Below, piece by piece: positions 41,655 to 53,059 of a DNA stretch of 64,000 nt. The DNA is from Octopus vulgaris. Taxonomy: Eukaryota. Each line of letters starts with the position of its first letter. The stretch's first letter is position 1. A program made the position numbers and the translations under genes. The notes under the pieces are model-generated. The model saw nothing but the letters and a program-made list of their open reading frames with translations, searched no databases and was not told the DNA's origin. The DNA lies in contig OX597820.1 in assembly GCA_951406725.2 (NCBI GenBank), positions 77,872,001 through 77,936,000 on the forward strand, in the 5' to 3' direction.

Positions 41655-44427
41655 ATAACTTAGAAGAATAACTTAGAAAGGTTTTTGGCCAGTATTGGCC
41701 CAGGCCATGTCTAACTTAATAGCACCACCTGGCGAAGTCTTTCAGTTCAGGATTTGGGCACCAAGGCCCGTTCGAGCAGAGAGTTATTGTTTGCGGAGAC
41801 ATATCCGGGTGTGGGTGGTTTGTCCGGTACTGTTTGAAGGAATTTGTCCAAAGACTTCTTGAATTTTGTGTGGTCAGTTTCTTTTTTGACGTGTCCTGGT
41901 GTAATGTTGAAGAGAGCGGGTCCAATTGAGGTGAAATAGTTGTGCCGTATTGTCGTTATGTGATGCGATTTAGATTTTTGTTGTGGACGGATGGCACGTG
42001 GTCCAAGCCTTGGATGCATTTTGAAGGTGATGCCAACATCATTCGGACAGTGCTGATGGAATATTTTCCACATCATACAGAAAATGTAGCGTTCACAGCG
42101 TCGTTGGAGTGAATACAATTTCAGCTTCTCTAGTCTACCCCAGTAGTCAAGGTCTGACATGCCATCTATCTTTTTTGTGATTGACCTTTGGGGAGCTTCA
42201 ATTCTCATAATATTTTGTTTTGTGTAGGGAGACCACAGTGGACAGCAGTATTCAAGGTGGGGTCGGGCAAAAGTGGAGAAGAGAAGGATAATAGCGTGGG
42301 AATCTCTCGACTGGAAGGTTCTGAGAATCCAGGAACACATTCTGCGGGCCATGTCAACTTTGCTGCTTATATGTGTAGCCCAGCTTATGTTGTTGTCCAC
42401 TGTTACTCCCAGGTCTCTGATGTTGTTGGATGCCATGAGAATTTCTCCAGAAGGAAGAGAGTATGGGAGTTTCAGAGCGTCCTCCCTTCCAAAGTGGATC
42501 AGTTCGAATTTGTCTTCATTTAGCAACATGTTATTCTTTTCCGCCCATTGGACAACAGCCAGTAGGTCTGAATGAAGGTTTATTCGGTCATCCACGCCAT
42601 TGATGACCTTCTGGAGCTTGGAATCATCAGCGAAGGTTCTGATGTTACTGTGTTTGATGGTGTCAGTAATATCATTTATGTAGATGATGAAGAGAAGTGG
42701 TCCCAACACAGTGCCTTGTGGGACACCACTGCTGACTTTGGCTGGGCTGGATTTGACTCCTTCGACTACAACATGTTGGGTTCTGTTAGACAGGAAGCAC
42801 TTGATCCATTGCAGCAGCTTTCCAGTGACACCAATATTGGACAGCTTTCTCAGAAGGATCTTATGATCAACCCTGTCAAAGGCCTTGCTGAAATCAAGGT
42901 AGATGACATCAGTGTTGGAACCTTCTCCCAAGGCTCTCAAAATGTCATCAAAATGATGCAGTAGCTGCGTCAGGCAATCTCTCCCATTACGGAATCCATG
43001 CTGGCTGGGGTTCAGCATATTATGACTCTCAAGGAAGTGAGTCATACGCGATCTCAGCACCCTCTCAAATACCTTGATGATATGAGAGGTGAGTGAGATT
43101 GGACGGTAATTCACGGCAAGCGATTTCTTTCCTTTTTTGAAAACTGGGACAACAGACTGGGATAGAAGGTCTTCTGGTATATATCCAGCATCCAGTGAGT
43201 TCCGCCACAGATTGGCTAGAGGGGGTGCAAGTTGGTTTTGACACATCTTCAAGACACAAGCAGGGAACCTATCGGGACCTACTGCTGAATTATGCTTCAT
43301 TTCCTTTATTGCTGCTAAGACATCAGGAGCGCCAAATGTTATGTCCGATAAAGTGTATTGGGGAGTAACATCACTGATACAGCCCAGATCAGTCATATCA
43401 GGATTGCTGAAAACAGAGCAATATTGTTTCTGCAATATCTCTCCCATGGTTTTGGCATTGTGTTGAAGAGTACCATTTTCATCAATCAGAGGGCCAACAG
43501 TAGAACCAGTGACTCTGTGTTTTTTTGCAAATGAAAAGAACACTTTGGGATTGAGTTTGATCTTCTCAATGGCCCAGGCCTCTTCAGCTCTTCGCTGACT
43601 ATTGATGATAGACATCATGTTGTTTTGGAGTTTATGTTTTTTAATCTCTTGCGACGAGATGGCAGTCAGGTTAGTGTGTTGCTGTTGACAGTATTTCAGC
43701 ATGTTGATCTTTTTGTTGATTCTTTTAATTTTCCTTATGAGAGATTTTCTATTTCTAGGGATTCGACACTTAGATTTGTTTGCAGATCTTAATGGGGTGT
43801 GTCTTGCACATATGTTCGTGATGGTGTCTACAAGTGACTGCCAGGACTTTTTGATGTTAGTGGGTGTGTATGTGTGCGTGAAGGACCAATTGACTTGTGC
43901 AAGATCATTATTGATCGCTTCCCAGTTTGCATTGTGGAAATCCATAGTGTCAAATGGATGAACAGGAGAGATGACATTTGTTTTGCATTTTGGCCAGTGA
44001 AATCTCAGATCACAGAGAACCATGTCATGGTCGGAGAGTAGGGTTTTCTCCACTGCAATATTGTGGATAGTATCAGTGTGATTGCTGAAAATTAAGTCTA
44101 AGACGTTTTTATGACATCTCGTTGGTTCGAGTACCAGGAAGAAATCATCCATGAAGTCAAGAAGCGATTCCACTGCCTCCCTGTCAGGGGTTGAGAGAGA
44201 AGAACCTGGCGGCAGACTGTTTGTAGACCAGTCAACCCCGGGAAGGTTGAAGTCTCCCATCATTAAAATGTTGTCAGGTTGACACTGCCGAATGAAACAC
44301 TTTATGCTGTTGAGGCATTCCTTGAAGCATGGTAGGGGCGTTTGGGGTGGTCTGTAGAGCCCAACTACTGTTAAGTTGTTGGTTTGACTGAAGTTAAGTT
44401 GTTGGTTTGACTGAAGTTGTTGGTTTT
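41655..44427 (-). mobile_element. 5'-truncated CR1/L2-group LINE inserted in (TA)n
   Basis: Open APE-RT ORF, short 3' UTR ending in a ttctaagtta repeat, TA on both sides. Confidence 0.92.
41747..44383 (-). CDS. LINE ORF2 (partial APE endonuclease + reverse transcriptase), N-terminally truncated
   Basis: GLYRPP (upstream of the listed ATG), MGDFNLP, LDLIF, SDHDMV; NYRPISLTS, QHGFR, YLDFSKAFDRV, GVPQGTVLGPLLF, FADDSKL; no internal stop. Confidence 0.92.
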   Translation of the reverse strand, partial: TNNLTVVGLYRPPQTPLPCFKECLNSIKCFIRQCQPDNILMMGDFNLPGVDWSTNSLPPGSSLSTPDREAVESLLDFMDDFFLVLEPTRCHKNVLDLIFSNHTDTIHNIAVEKTLLSDHDMVLCDLRFHWPKCKTNVISPVHPFDTMDFHNANWEAINNDLAQVNWSFTHTYTPTNIKKSWQSLVDTITNICARHTPLRSANKSKCRIPRNRKSLIRKIKRINKKINMLKYCQQQHTNLTAISSQEIKKHKLQNNMMSIINSQRRAEEAWAIEKIKLNPKVFFSFAKKHRVTGSTVGPLIDENGTLQHNAKTMGEILQKQYCSVFSNPDMTDLGCISDVTPQYTLSDITFGAPDVLAAIKEMKHNSAVGPDRFPACVLKMCQNQLAPPLANLWRNSLDAGYIPEDLLSQSVVPVFKKGKKSLAVNYRPISLTSHIIKVFERVLRSRMTHFLESHNMLNPSQHGFRNGRDCLTQLLHHFDDILRALGEGSNTDVIYLDFSKAFDRVDHKILLRKLSNIGVTGKLLQWIKCFLSNRTQHVVVEGVKSSPAKVSSGVPQGTVLGPLLFIIYINDITDTIKHSNIRTFADDSKLQKVINGVDDRINLHSDLLAVVQWAEKNNMLLNEDKFELIHFGREDALKLPYSLPSGEILMASNNIRDLGVTVDNNISWATHISSKVDMARRMCSWILRTFQSRDSHAIILLFSTFARPHLEYCCPLWSPYTKQNIMRIEAPQRSITKKIDGMSDLDYWGRLEKLKLYSLQRRCERYIFCMMWKIFHQHCPNDVGITFKMHPRLGPRAIRPQQKSKSHHITTIRHNYFTSIGPALFNITPGHVKKETDHTKFKKSLDKFLQTVPDKPPTPGYVSANNNSLLERALVPKS

Positions 44428-44449
44428 ATATATATATATATATATATAT

Positions 44450-45145
44450 GAAAAAACAAGTCAAAAATAGAAAATGGTAAAATAATTTTATAGTGAACAT
44501 TTCAGTACCGGTTTCGGTCATTTTGAGACCTTTTCAACTGTAACGATTAAATAATTAAATTTAGAAAAATTAGAAGAAAAGTTTTTTTAAAAGAATATTT
44601 CTATAGTAGTGTTCAGATTTAAGTGGCATTCTGCCTTTCTCTGACTCCCTTGTTTGCACTTGTGTGTCGGAGGTCGTTGTGAGTTCTTGGAAGGGTAGTA
44701 GAGGAAGAAGGCTGGTGGGGAAAGGGGGAAACAAGCCTGTCAATATAAATATTCTCCTGAATTGAACTGAGACTGCCAGCCGCCACTGACCATTCAAAAT
44801 ACGACCATCAGGGCACTCCCAGATTCTCCCATCCCCCTTTCCCCACCAGCCTTCTTCCTCTACTACCCTTCCAAGAACTCACAACGACCTCCGACACACA
44901 AGTGCAAACAAGGGAGTCAGAGAAAGGCAGAATGCCACTTAAATCTGAACACTACTATAGAAACATTCTTTTAAAAAAACTTTTCTTCTAATTTTTCTAA
45001 ATTTAATTATTTAATCGTTACAGTTGAAAAGGTCTCAAAATGACCGAAACCGGTACTGAAATGTTCACTATAAAATTATTTTAGCATTTTCTATTTTTGA
45101 CTTGTTTTTTCATATATATCAACTCGTGTGTTCCTTTTCACCCTT

Positions 45146-45148
<3 letters not shown>
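44450..45148 (+). mobile_element. Non-coding fold-back PLE 3'-end element: arms 44450-44729 / 44832-45111, tail 45112-45148
   Basis: 280-bp arms with only about two mismatches seen; hammerhead in each arm; flanked by (TA)n. Confidence 0.92.
45021..45058 (+). ncRNA. Minimal type I hammerhead ribozyme (U3-A8 variant); inverted copy at 44503-44540 (-)
   Basis: cag-UUGAAAA-ggtc(tcaaaat)gacc-GAAA-ccg-GUA-ctg: all three stems and the NUH site are in register. Confidence 0.8.
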
Positions 45149-45215
<67 letters not shown>

Positions 45216-45217
<2 letters not shown>

Positions 45218-47201
45218 ATACATTGATATCCTGTCTAAATTTCCCCTTAGACGCAATACCAATGTTAGGCCAAACATTAGCAAATCAGAGATGTCTGCAT
45301 GTAAACGTATACAAAACGATCAAACAATAATAATTAAACAAGCAGATAAAGGTGGTGCAATTGTTATTATGGATACCGAATACTATAAGGATTTGGTTGA
45401 AGACCAACTGAAGGATACAACCTTCTATTGTGAAATACCCGCAAATATAGACCACCACATCATGAAAAAGATCAACAACCTGATTTCAACACACCACAAC
45501 TCACTTACGGATAATGAAAAAGACTACATCACCAATTTTGAACCAAAACCCAGCAACTTCTACGGCTTACCAAAAATACACAAATCAAAAAACATTCAAC
45601 AGGCAGTAAAAGAACAAGAAAGTGAGTACATAAAATTATTACATCCAAAAGACCTAAAACTTAGACCTATTATAGCTGGTCCAGCATGCCCTACACACCG
45701 TCTAAGCAATTTTATTGACATTGTTTTGAAACCACTATGTACTTACATACCAAGTTTCATCAGGGATGACATCGACTTCCTGTCCCATCTTCCCAAAACA
45801 ACAGAAACAAATTCAGTTTTACTAAGTTTTGATGTGGTAAGCCTCTACACCAATATTCCACACGATTTAGGAATAAAGGCGATTAAATACTGGTTAGAAA
45901 AACATAGAGAAGTGATTCCCAGCAGATTCACAGTGCCATTTATATTAGACACAGTCAAACTTATTCTAGAAAATAACACATTCTTCTTCAATGGAAAGAA
46001 TTACATCCAAATTAGAGGCACGGCGATGGGAACGAGGTTTGCTCCCGTTTACGCCAACTCTGTAATGGGATACTTAGAAGAACAACTCTACCAAGAGGTG
46101 GAGGTAAACTATGGCACTGGATTTAGAAAGTATATTGAAAAGGCATGGAAGAGATACCTAGACGACTGTTTCATAATCTGGACAGAATTTCTAAATACTC
46201 TGGAAGAGTTCAATATCCTCCTGAACAACCTACACCCATCTCTCAAATTTACAAAGGAGATGAGTAGTACCAAATTACCATTCCTGGATATAATGGTAAT
46301 TAAAAAAGACACCACCATCACCACAGATATATACTATAAACACACAGACACACATCAATACCTAAATTTTAAGTCGTGCCATCCACCACATACAAAACGT
46401 AACATCCCATACTGCCTAGCCAGAAGAATTTGTACTATTGTAGAAGATGCAAATATCAGGAACAAACGCCTAATAGAACTAAGAGAATTTTTGCTCAAAC
46501 AAAAATACCCATCTCTACTTATAGAAAATGGCATACAGCGGGCTATAAAAATACCTATACAACAACTTAGGACAACCCAAGGAAGAGGAAAACAAGAACA
46601 AGTCATACCATTCATAGTGACACACAACCCATGTCACCAGAATATCTTCAACATTGCCAAAGCAAACCTACCAATCATTGCCCAAAGTAATGAATTAAAA
46701 GACATAATCAAGGATCGAGCTATGGTGCTTAGTAAAAGACAGCCTAAAAACTTGAAAACATTACTAACAAAGGCAAAATTTGACCTCAGCAACAAAGACC
46801 AAACATTCACGGTATCTAAATGCAATGATAGCCGATGTGACACATGCCAATTCATACATACCGGTCAATATATAAACACAAAAACCGGGAAAATATTCAC
46901 AAACGCGAATATGAACTGCAAAAGCAGAAATTTAATTTACTGCATCAAATGTCCAAATTGTGAAGAAATATATGTAGGTCAGACGGGAAACGCACTATTA
47001 GAACGCTCACGTGTACACCGGCAACAGATTAGAGACCCAGAGGTCCGTCAGATACCTTTGAGTAACCACCTAGCAACATGTGGTCGGAAAATATATATAA
47101 TATTTCCATTCTACAAATTACACAGCCCAAGTGAAATCGAGAGGAAAATCAGAGAAAAGAATTTTATTGATAAATTCGAACCCAAGCTAAGTAAGCAATA
47201 A
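45216..47201 (+). CDS. PLE RT + GIY-YIG ORF, 5'-truncated but uninterrupted (no true start codon)
   Basis: IKQADKGGAIV, FYGLPKIHK, SFDVVSLYTNIP, GTAMGTRFAP, KRYLDDCF, KCNDSRCDTC, LIYCIKCPNC..YVGQT; the listed N-terminus (45102-45215) is read-through of a tail and (TA)n. Confidence 0.92.
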
Positions 47202-47695
47202 TAATAATACTTAGAGGTATTACTTCCACTGCTACGACCATGACCACTAACAACAACAACAATACTAAAGGTGATCAAGACGAAGATAGCAGGAAAATTA
47301 TCTTATTTAGGGTTAAAAGTTCTATTGCCACCACCATCACAACTAGCAACAATAATTAAGGTGCTGACAATGATGATGATGACAATTGAAATATAAAAAT
47401 ATAAAAATCTCTGACAAAGGATATTTACAACATTTCTAAAAATAACCCAACAATTGCTGCTTCGGCCAGGGTCAAGATACAGGACTCTTGACCTGTCCAA
47501 CAAAGCGTGATGCCTAAACCAATCAGCTCAACCAACCAATCAGCTTAAGTAATTGAGTGATACTACACACTGATTGGTCAGAATACAGTTTGCAAAACCT
47601 AGCACTCTGGAGCCTACCCAGCTGTATTTATAGCACAGAATCACTCATCTTGCTACAGTCAAAAATTGTGAAGCATGACTGTCAACACTACTACA

Positions 47696-47740
47696 TGAAC
47701 CCGAAGATTGCAGAATTCAATGCATGAAAGTACTAGTTCA
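47696..47740 (+). ncRNA. Minimal type I hammerhead ribozyme motif (U4C variant)
   Basis: tgaac-CCGAAGA-ttgca(gaattcaa)tgcat-GAAA-gtac-UA-gttca; palindromic AGUACU stem III. Confidence 0.7.
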
Positions 47741-47903
47741 ATCAGAATGAATATTTAACATTCTACTATTTCATTTTATTTTATTCAATTATAATATATT
47801 ATCTTATAATATATCATTATAAGATTGTAAATAAAACGTGAAAATCAGACAAGGTTGGAATTCTTTTTATTAATATATTCTTCTATACACAATCACACAC
47901 CCC

Positions 47904-47963
<60 letters not shown>

Positions 47964-48179
47964 CTGCATCGAACTCTCTCATGCATCAGATGGCGTTTGC
48001 TAAAAAGCATCCGTGAGGTAAAATCCTGTAGCAAACCAAATGGCGGTGCCTCAGCATGGCCACAGCTCATTAGCTGAAACTGGAAAAATCAAAATCAAAA
48101 ATCAAATCATATATATATATATATATGTATGTATACATTTAATATTTGTGTACACACACACACACACACACACACATAC

Positions 48180-48261
<82 letters not shown>

Positions 48262-48640
48262 TCGGCATGCGTGGCGTTCAATTATCAATAAATGAAAAAC
48301 ATTAAATACTACAAAACGTACACATAGGACAGACACAGAAGGACCCTGATCCTTCATCAGTTATCGACCAAAAATACTACTACTAACTTTCGTGCCTTTA
48401 ACGATAAGACTGAGATTTCATATATCCGCGGCACACATACGATTTCTCAACAAATCTTGCGGGTGCCCTCGATATACGAAGTTATATTACTCCTTAATAT
48501 TGAAATCCATTCATATGTAATTGAACCGTTTCATTAATCTGTTTCGTTTATACTTTATTGTGATAAGTTAAGGTCGAGTTTAGACATAGAGGTCTAATTC
48601 TAGCATGTTGGCGACTTGTATAAGTACTCGCATGCCCTTG

Positions 48641-48703
<63 letters not shown>

Positions 48704-48712
48704 TATATACAT

Positions 48713-49046
48713 GCCGAACCGCTACGTTATGGGGACTTAAACACGCTAGCATCGATTGTCAAGCGATGGAATGGAGACAAACACAGGCACACAAACATAC
48801 ACATACACACACACACACACATACACACACACACATATATATATACATACATACATACATAAATACATACATACATACATATACGACGAGCTTCTTCCAG
48901 TTTCCGTCTACCAAAACCACTCACAAGACTTTGGTCGACCCGAGGCTATAATAGAGAGCACTTGCCCAAGGTGTCACACAGTGTGACTGAACCCAGGAAC
49001 ATGTAGTTGGCAAGGAAGCTACTTACCACACTGCCAGTCCTGCACC
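48713..49046 (-). mobile_element. SINE family B (3'-truncated)
   Basis: cagtttccgtctaccaaa..cactcacaag; cttgcccaaggtg; gactgaaccc. Confidence 0.85.
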
Positions 49047-49108
49047 TATAGATAAAATATATATATGTATGTATGTATGTGTGTGTGTGTGTGCGCGCGC
49101 GCGCGCGT

Positions 49109-49550
49109 AGGCGCAAGCATGGCCGTGTGATAAGAAGCTTGCTTCCCAGCCACATGGTTCCGGATTCATTGCAACTGCATGGCACCTTGAGCAAGTGGCT
49201 TTTCCTATTGCCTCAAGCTGGCCGAAGCCGTGTGAGGGGATTTGGTAGACAGAAACTGAAAGAAGCCCTCCGTTATATATATTTACGTGTGTGTGGCCGT
49301 GCGTATGTATGCGCGCGCGTGAGTTCCCTTATTTTTGTGTTTCACTCCGATAACAGTCTGACAACCGGCGTTGGTGTGTTTACGCCTCCATAATCTATCG
49401 GTTCGGCAAAAAAAACCCGCCAGAATAAGCACTAGGCTTCAAAAATAAGTCCTGGGATCGATTTGTCTGATTGAAAAAAAAAACCTTCAAGTCGATGCTC
49501 CAGCATGAGCGCAATCAAATGATTAAAACAAGTAAACGAATGAGAGAATA
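49109..49550 (+). mobile_element. SINE family B, near full length, head-to-head with 48713-49046
   Basis: aggcgca..tggccgtgtgataagaagcttgcttccc head; gatgctccagcatg..caaatgattaaaacaagtaa tail. Confidence 0.85.
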
Positions 49551-50259
49551 TATACATGGTTTAGAAATCATAGGAAATATTTCACAAATATATTTCTTAA
49601 TTGAAAATAATATATTTATTTATATATTTATTTTTATTTACTTATTTATATATCTATATATTTAGTATTTTTTATTTATATATTTATTTCTTTTTATTTA
49701 TTGAAGATAATCTTTATCATTCAGATGACATTTTGTCTCTCCTAAACGAGTTCTCTGAATCTGCAGGCGAAATATCAATGTCTCTACTTCTGAATGTATC
49801 TCCACAAAAACACACAGACACCCACGCACTTACACACACACGCACACACACACGCACACACACACGCACACACACATACACATACACACACAAACACACG
49901 CACGCACACACACACATAAATACACCCACTCCTCATATGCGTGTGCGTTATCTCTTTAGTTTTGAATGATTTGGATTCTTCCTCTGAGGAAGGAGCTAGG
50001 TTCTAACAAATGTACAAAACTACGACGCTGGAATGTAGATAACAAAAATATTCATATTTTAAACTTGAGAAAAGTTTTGCAAATTTTTACTGTTCCACTT
50101 ACAGAGTTTATATGTAATGTGCGACTTATCATAAAACCGTAGCTTATAACTATTGTGACTTAGGTATTTATTCACAAAGCCAATTGCACCATTTATTCTT
50201 GATATAAATGTAACTTGAATAATTTGAATATAGAAGCTTGGAAGAAGCAGTTGTCTATG

Positions 50260-50293
<34 letters not shown>

Positions 50294-50299
50294 TGTATG

Positions 50300-50330
<31 letters not shown>

Positions 50331-51331
50331 TTGAGAGAGGGAGGCACAAGACCGTGATGGATGGAGGAAGATAGTGCATAATGGTTGTTCAAGGTTTGAG
50401 AGGGAGAGAATTAGGAGGGGGCTTGGAAGGGGGAACCTGTGGAAAGTGAGAGAGTGTTGATGTTTATGCGTGTGCTTTGTGGGCACAGGTGTTTGAGTCG
50501 TGCAGGCCTGTGAGCCATCAAAGTTCTGAAAAAAATCGACCCATGATAAGCAATGATGTAGCTATTAAAATTCATAACAGAATATGTGTAAAATGTGGAA
50601 TAGTGTGCCTCTCAGTTGGAGGTCTAAAAAGACAAAGGGTGGCACCTGTTTCTCCTGCCAGCCAGCACAGTTGTCTAGTACGTCATAAAATGTGTAAAAG
50701 CTTGTCCTGGCTTAAAAGTCTTATAAGGACAATACATGACAACAATAATGAATCATTTCAGTAAGTTTTCTTGGCAATGGCTTTCCTCGTGTAACAAGGA
50801 TGCAGCTTTGATGAATGTATGTATGTATGTATGTATGTATATATTTATGTATGTATGTGTGTATGTATGTATGTATGTATGTATATTTGCATGTATATAT
50901 GTATGTATGAATGTATGAATGTACGTATGTATGTACGTACGTACGCACGTCTGTGTATGTATGTATGTATGTATGTATGTATGTATGTATGTATGTATGT
51001 ATGTATGTATGCATGTATGTATGCATGTGTGTGTATGCATATACGTGTGTTATCCCAAATCATAAAATAATACTACATATGATCTTGTATTCTTTTTCCT
51101 TTAAATAAATTTTAGCGAATATCTACTGTTGTAAATTCTACAAAATTACCTTGATATTTAGCTTTAAAATTAAAGATTTCTCATTAAATCAATGCTTTAA
51201 GTGCATCACATCTTTACTAAGAGAGCATATATTCCTTTTCAAAATACATATAGACATAATTACATACATTATATATACAAATGTGTGTGTAGGCACGCAT
51301 TCGTGTATATATGTGTGTGTGTGTGTGTATT

Positions 51332-51680
51332 AGGTAGTGGGTAGCGATTTTGTTCACTACTTCAGGGTGTGACGACCCTGCCTGACACGAGTCCCGGGCC
51401 CAGCTGGTTCCGGCTGACAGTACCCTGTATGGGCCCCTATCAAGGGTTACATAAAGGAGACAACCTTCAAAGAAATCCGGAGTGGAGCCCATCGGTGGTT
51501 TAGTGATCGACTCGACAGTCTTCCGGCCACTCCTGCAACCAAGCTGGTGCCAAACGTAATCCTCTGCACTCCTTTGGACTACGTCAGCAAGGTCGAAAGA
51601 GGAATCCTGACGATTGGGCTACACAGGATTTTCGTACATCTAGCCCAGACCTGCGCAAAACTGGAGTGGAAACTGGAGAG
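51332..51680 (+). mobile_element. GC-rich fragment, possibly an RTE-type LINE 5' UTR
   Basis: Sharp GC island in AT background; aaatccggagtggagccc and aagctggtgccaaacgta recalled from RTE leaders; no ORF. Confidence 0.4.
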
Positions 51681-51810
51681 GACATGAAATATAAAACCAG
51701 ACAGGATTAGTTTATGCGTAACTCAATTGTCTCCCAAGACAGAATGATGCAAACAACAATGTATGTACGTATATGTATATAAATACATATGTATGTATGT
51801 ATGTATAGAA

Positions 51811-51842
<32 letters not shown>

Positions 51843-52364
51843 GTGTGTATGAATAAGTGTGTGTGTGTAGGCATATAAAAGTATGCATGTGTATACTTTT
51901 GTATGTATGTATTCTGAATATCTATGTGGTTGTCTGTTCATGTTAGTGTGTTTATATATATGTGTGTGTCTATGTATATATACGTGCGTCTGTTATGTAA
52001 GGATGCGTGTCTCCATATGAGTCCTTGTCTGAGCGTGAGAAGTGTGCGTGTGTTTATATGGTCATCTGTTTCGGTTTTCATTTGGCTATGTATGTGTGTA
52101 TGTGTGTGTATGTTTACGTGTCTGTCCGTATGACATATGTACGTATCCATCTATTTACTTACATATCCATTTGCCTACATAGATATGTTTTCCATTTGTT
52201 TCCTTCGTTGTTCCCTAAAAATGTTCACATTCCATGTATTCGTATTTCGTATTTTTTGTTGTTTCGTTATGTGACGTCCTGTGTCCAAATATGCATATAT
52301 ATACATACGTATATATGTAAGTATGTACATATGCGTATATATATATATGCATATATATATTATA

Positions 52365-52396
<32 letters not shown>

Positions 52397-52399
52397 TTA

Positions 52400-52640
52400 A
52401 ATATGCTAGTATTACTAACATTATGAAGAATAATGTTAATTATAGAGCAGCTAGCAAGTTTAGACATTTATAGGTAAAATATAAATAAAACACAGAAAAG
52501 TATTGAAATATCTATTGCTATGACACCAACCATCGCTCGAAACTGCAATTTACTCACTATTTTATTTACATTTTACCTATAAATGTCTAAAATTACTAGC
52601 CATTCTATTATTCTTAATAATGTTAGTGATACATATCTCT
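52400..52640. repeat. Fold-back element beside (TA)n
   Basis: tttagacatttataggtaaaat / attttacctataaatgtctaaa; actaacattat / ataatgttagt. Confidence 0.85.
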
Positions 52641-53059
52641 TTAAATTTAAATATATTAATAAATCACGTTACGCTCGTCTTTTGAATGACGCGGAGCGTT
52701 CGAATGTAAGAAAACGGAAAGCGTAATGCGATGAATATTTCAGAAATAGTTGATTATGTATTGAGTCCCGTTGATGAGCTTAAGTATGTTTTACACACAC
52801 AAAATGAAATTTATAGATCCTGGAATATACACATTCTTACTTATGTATTCCATGAAAAGTAAGCTTGTCTCTGTGATGCTTATGGCATCCACCGTGTGTA
52901 TTTTTGTAATGCGTAAATTGTGGTTTAGAGTGATAGCTATGTTCATAGCAAGTGGTATTTCAATACCCTTCTGTATTTTATTTATATTTCATTTACACAC
53001 ACACACAGCACCCAAAACACACACACGCACAAACACACACACACACACACACACATATA

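Larger units (their letters stand above)
45216..47905 (+). mobile_element. Young 5'-truncated Penelope-like element (Neptune-like) in (TA)n
   Basis: ORF plus 3' UTR with CCAAT boxes (47519, 47536, 47573), TATA-like tatttata (~47625) and a hammerhead. Confidence 0.93.

Noticed and set aside
38399-43961. Short + strand ORFs opposite the PLE and LINE ORFs
   Set aside because: Antisense shadows of real RT ORFs.
45102-45215. N-terminus of the 699-aa ORF
   Set aside because: It reads through the previous element's tail and a TA tract; PLE homology starts only at 45216.
49724-49794. Possible host exon (ag|..DILSLLNEFSESAGEISMSLLLN|gt)
   Set aside because: Weak donor site, no recognisable homology and no partner exons; cannot be supported without RNA-seq.
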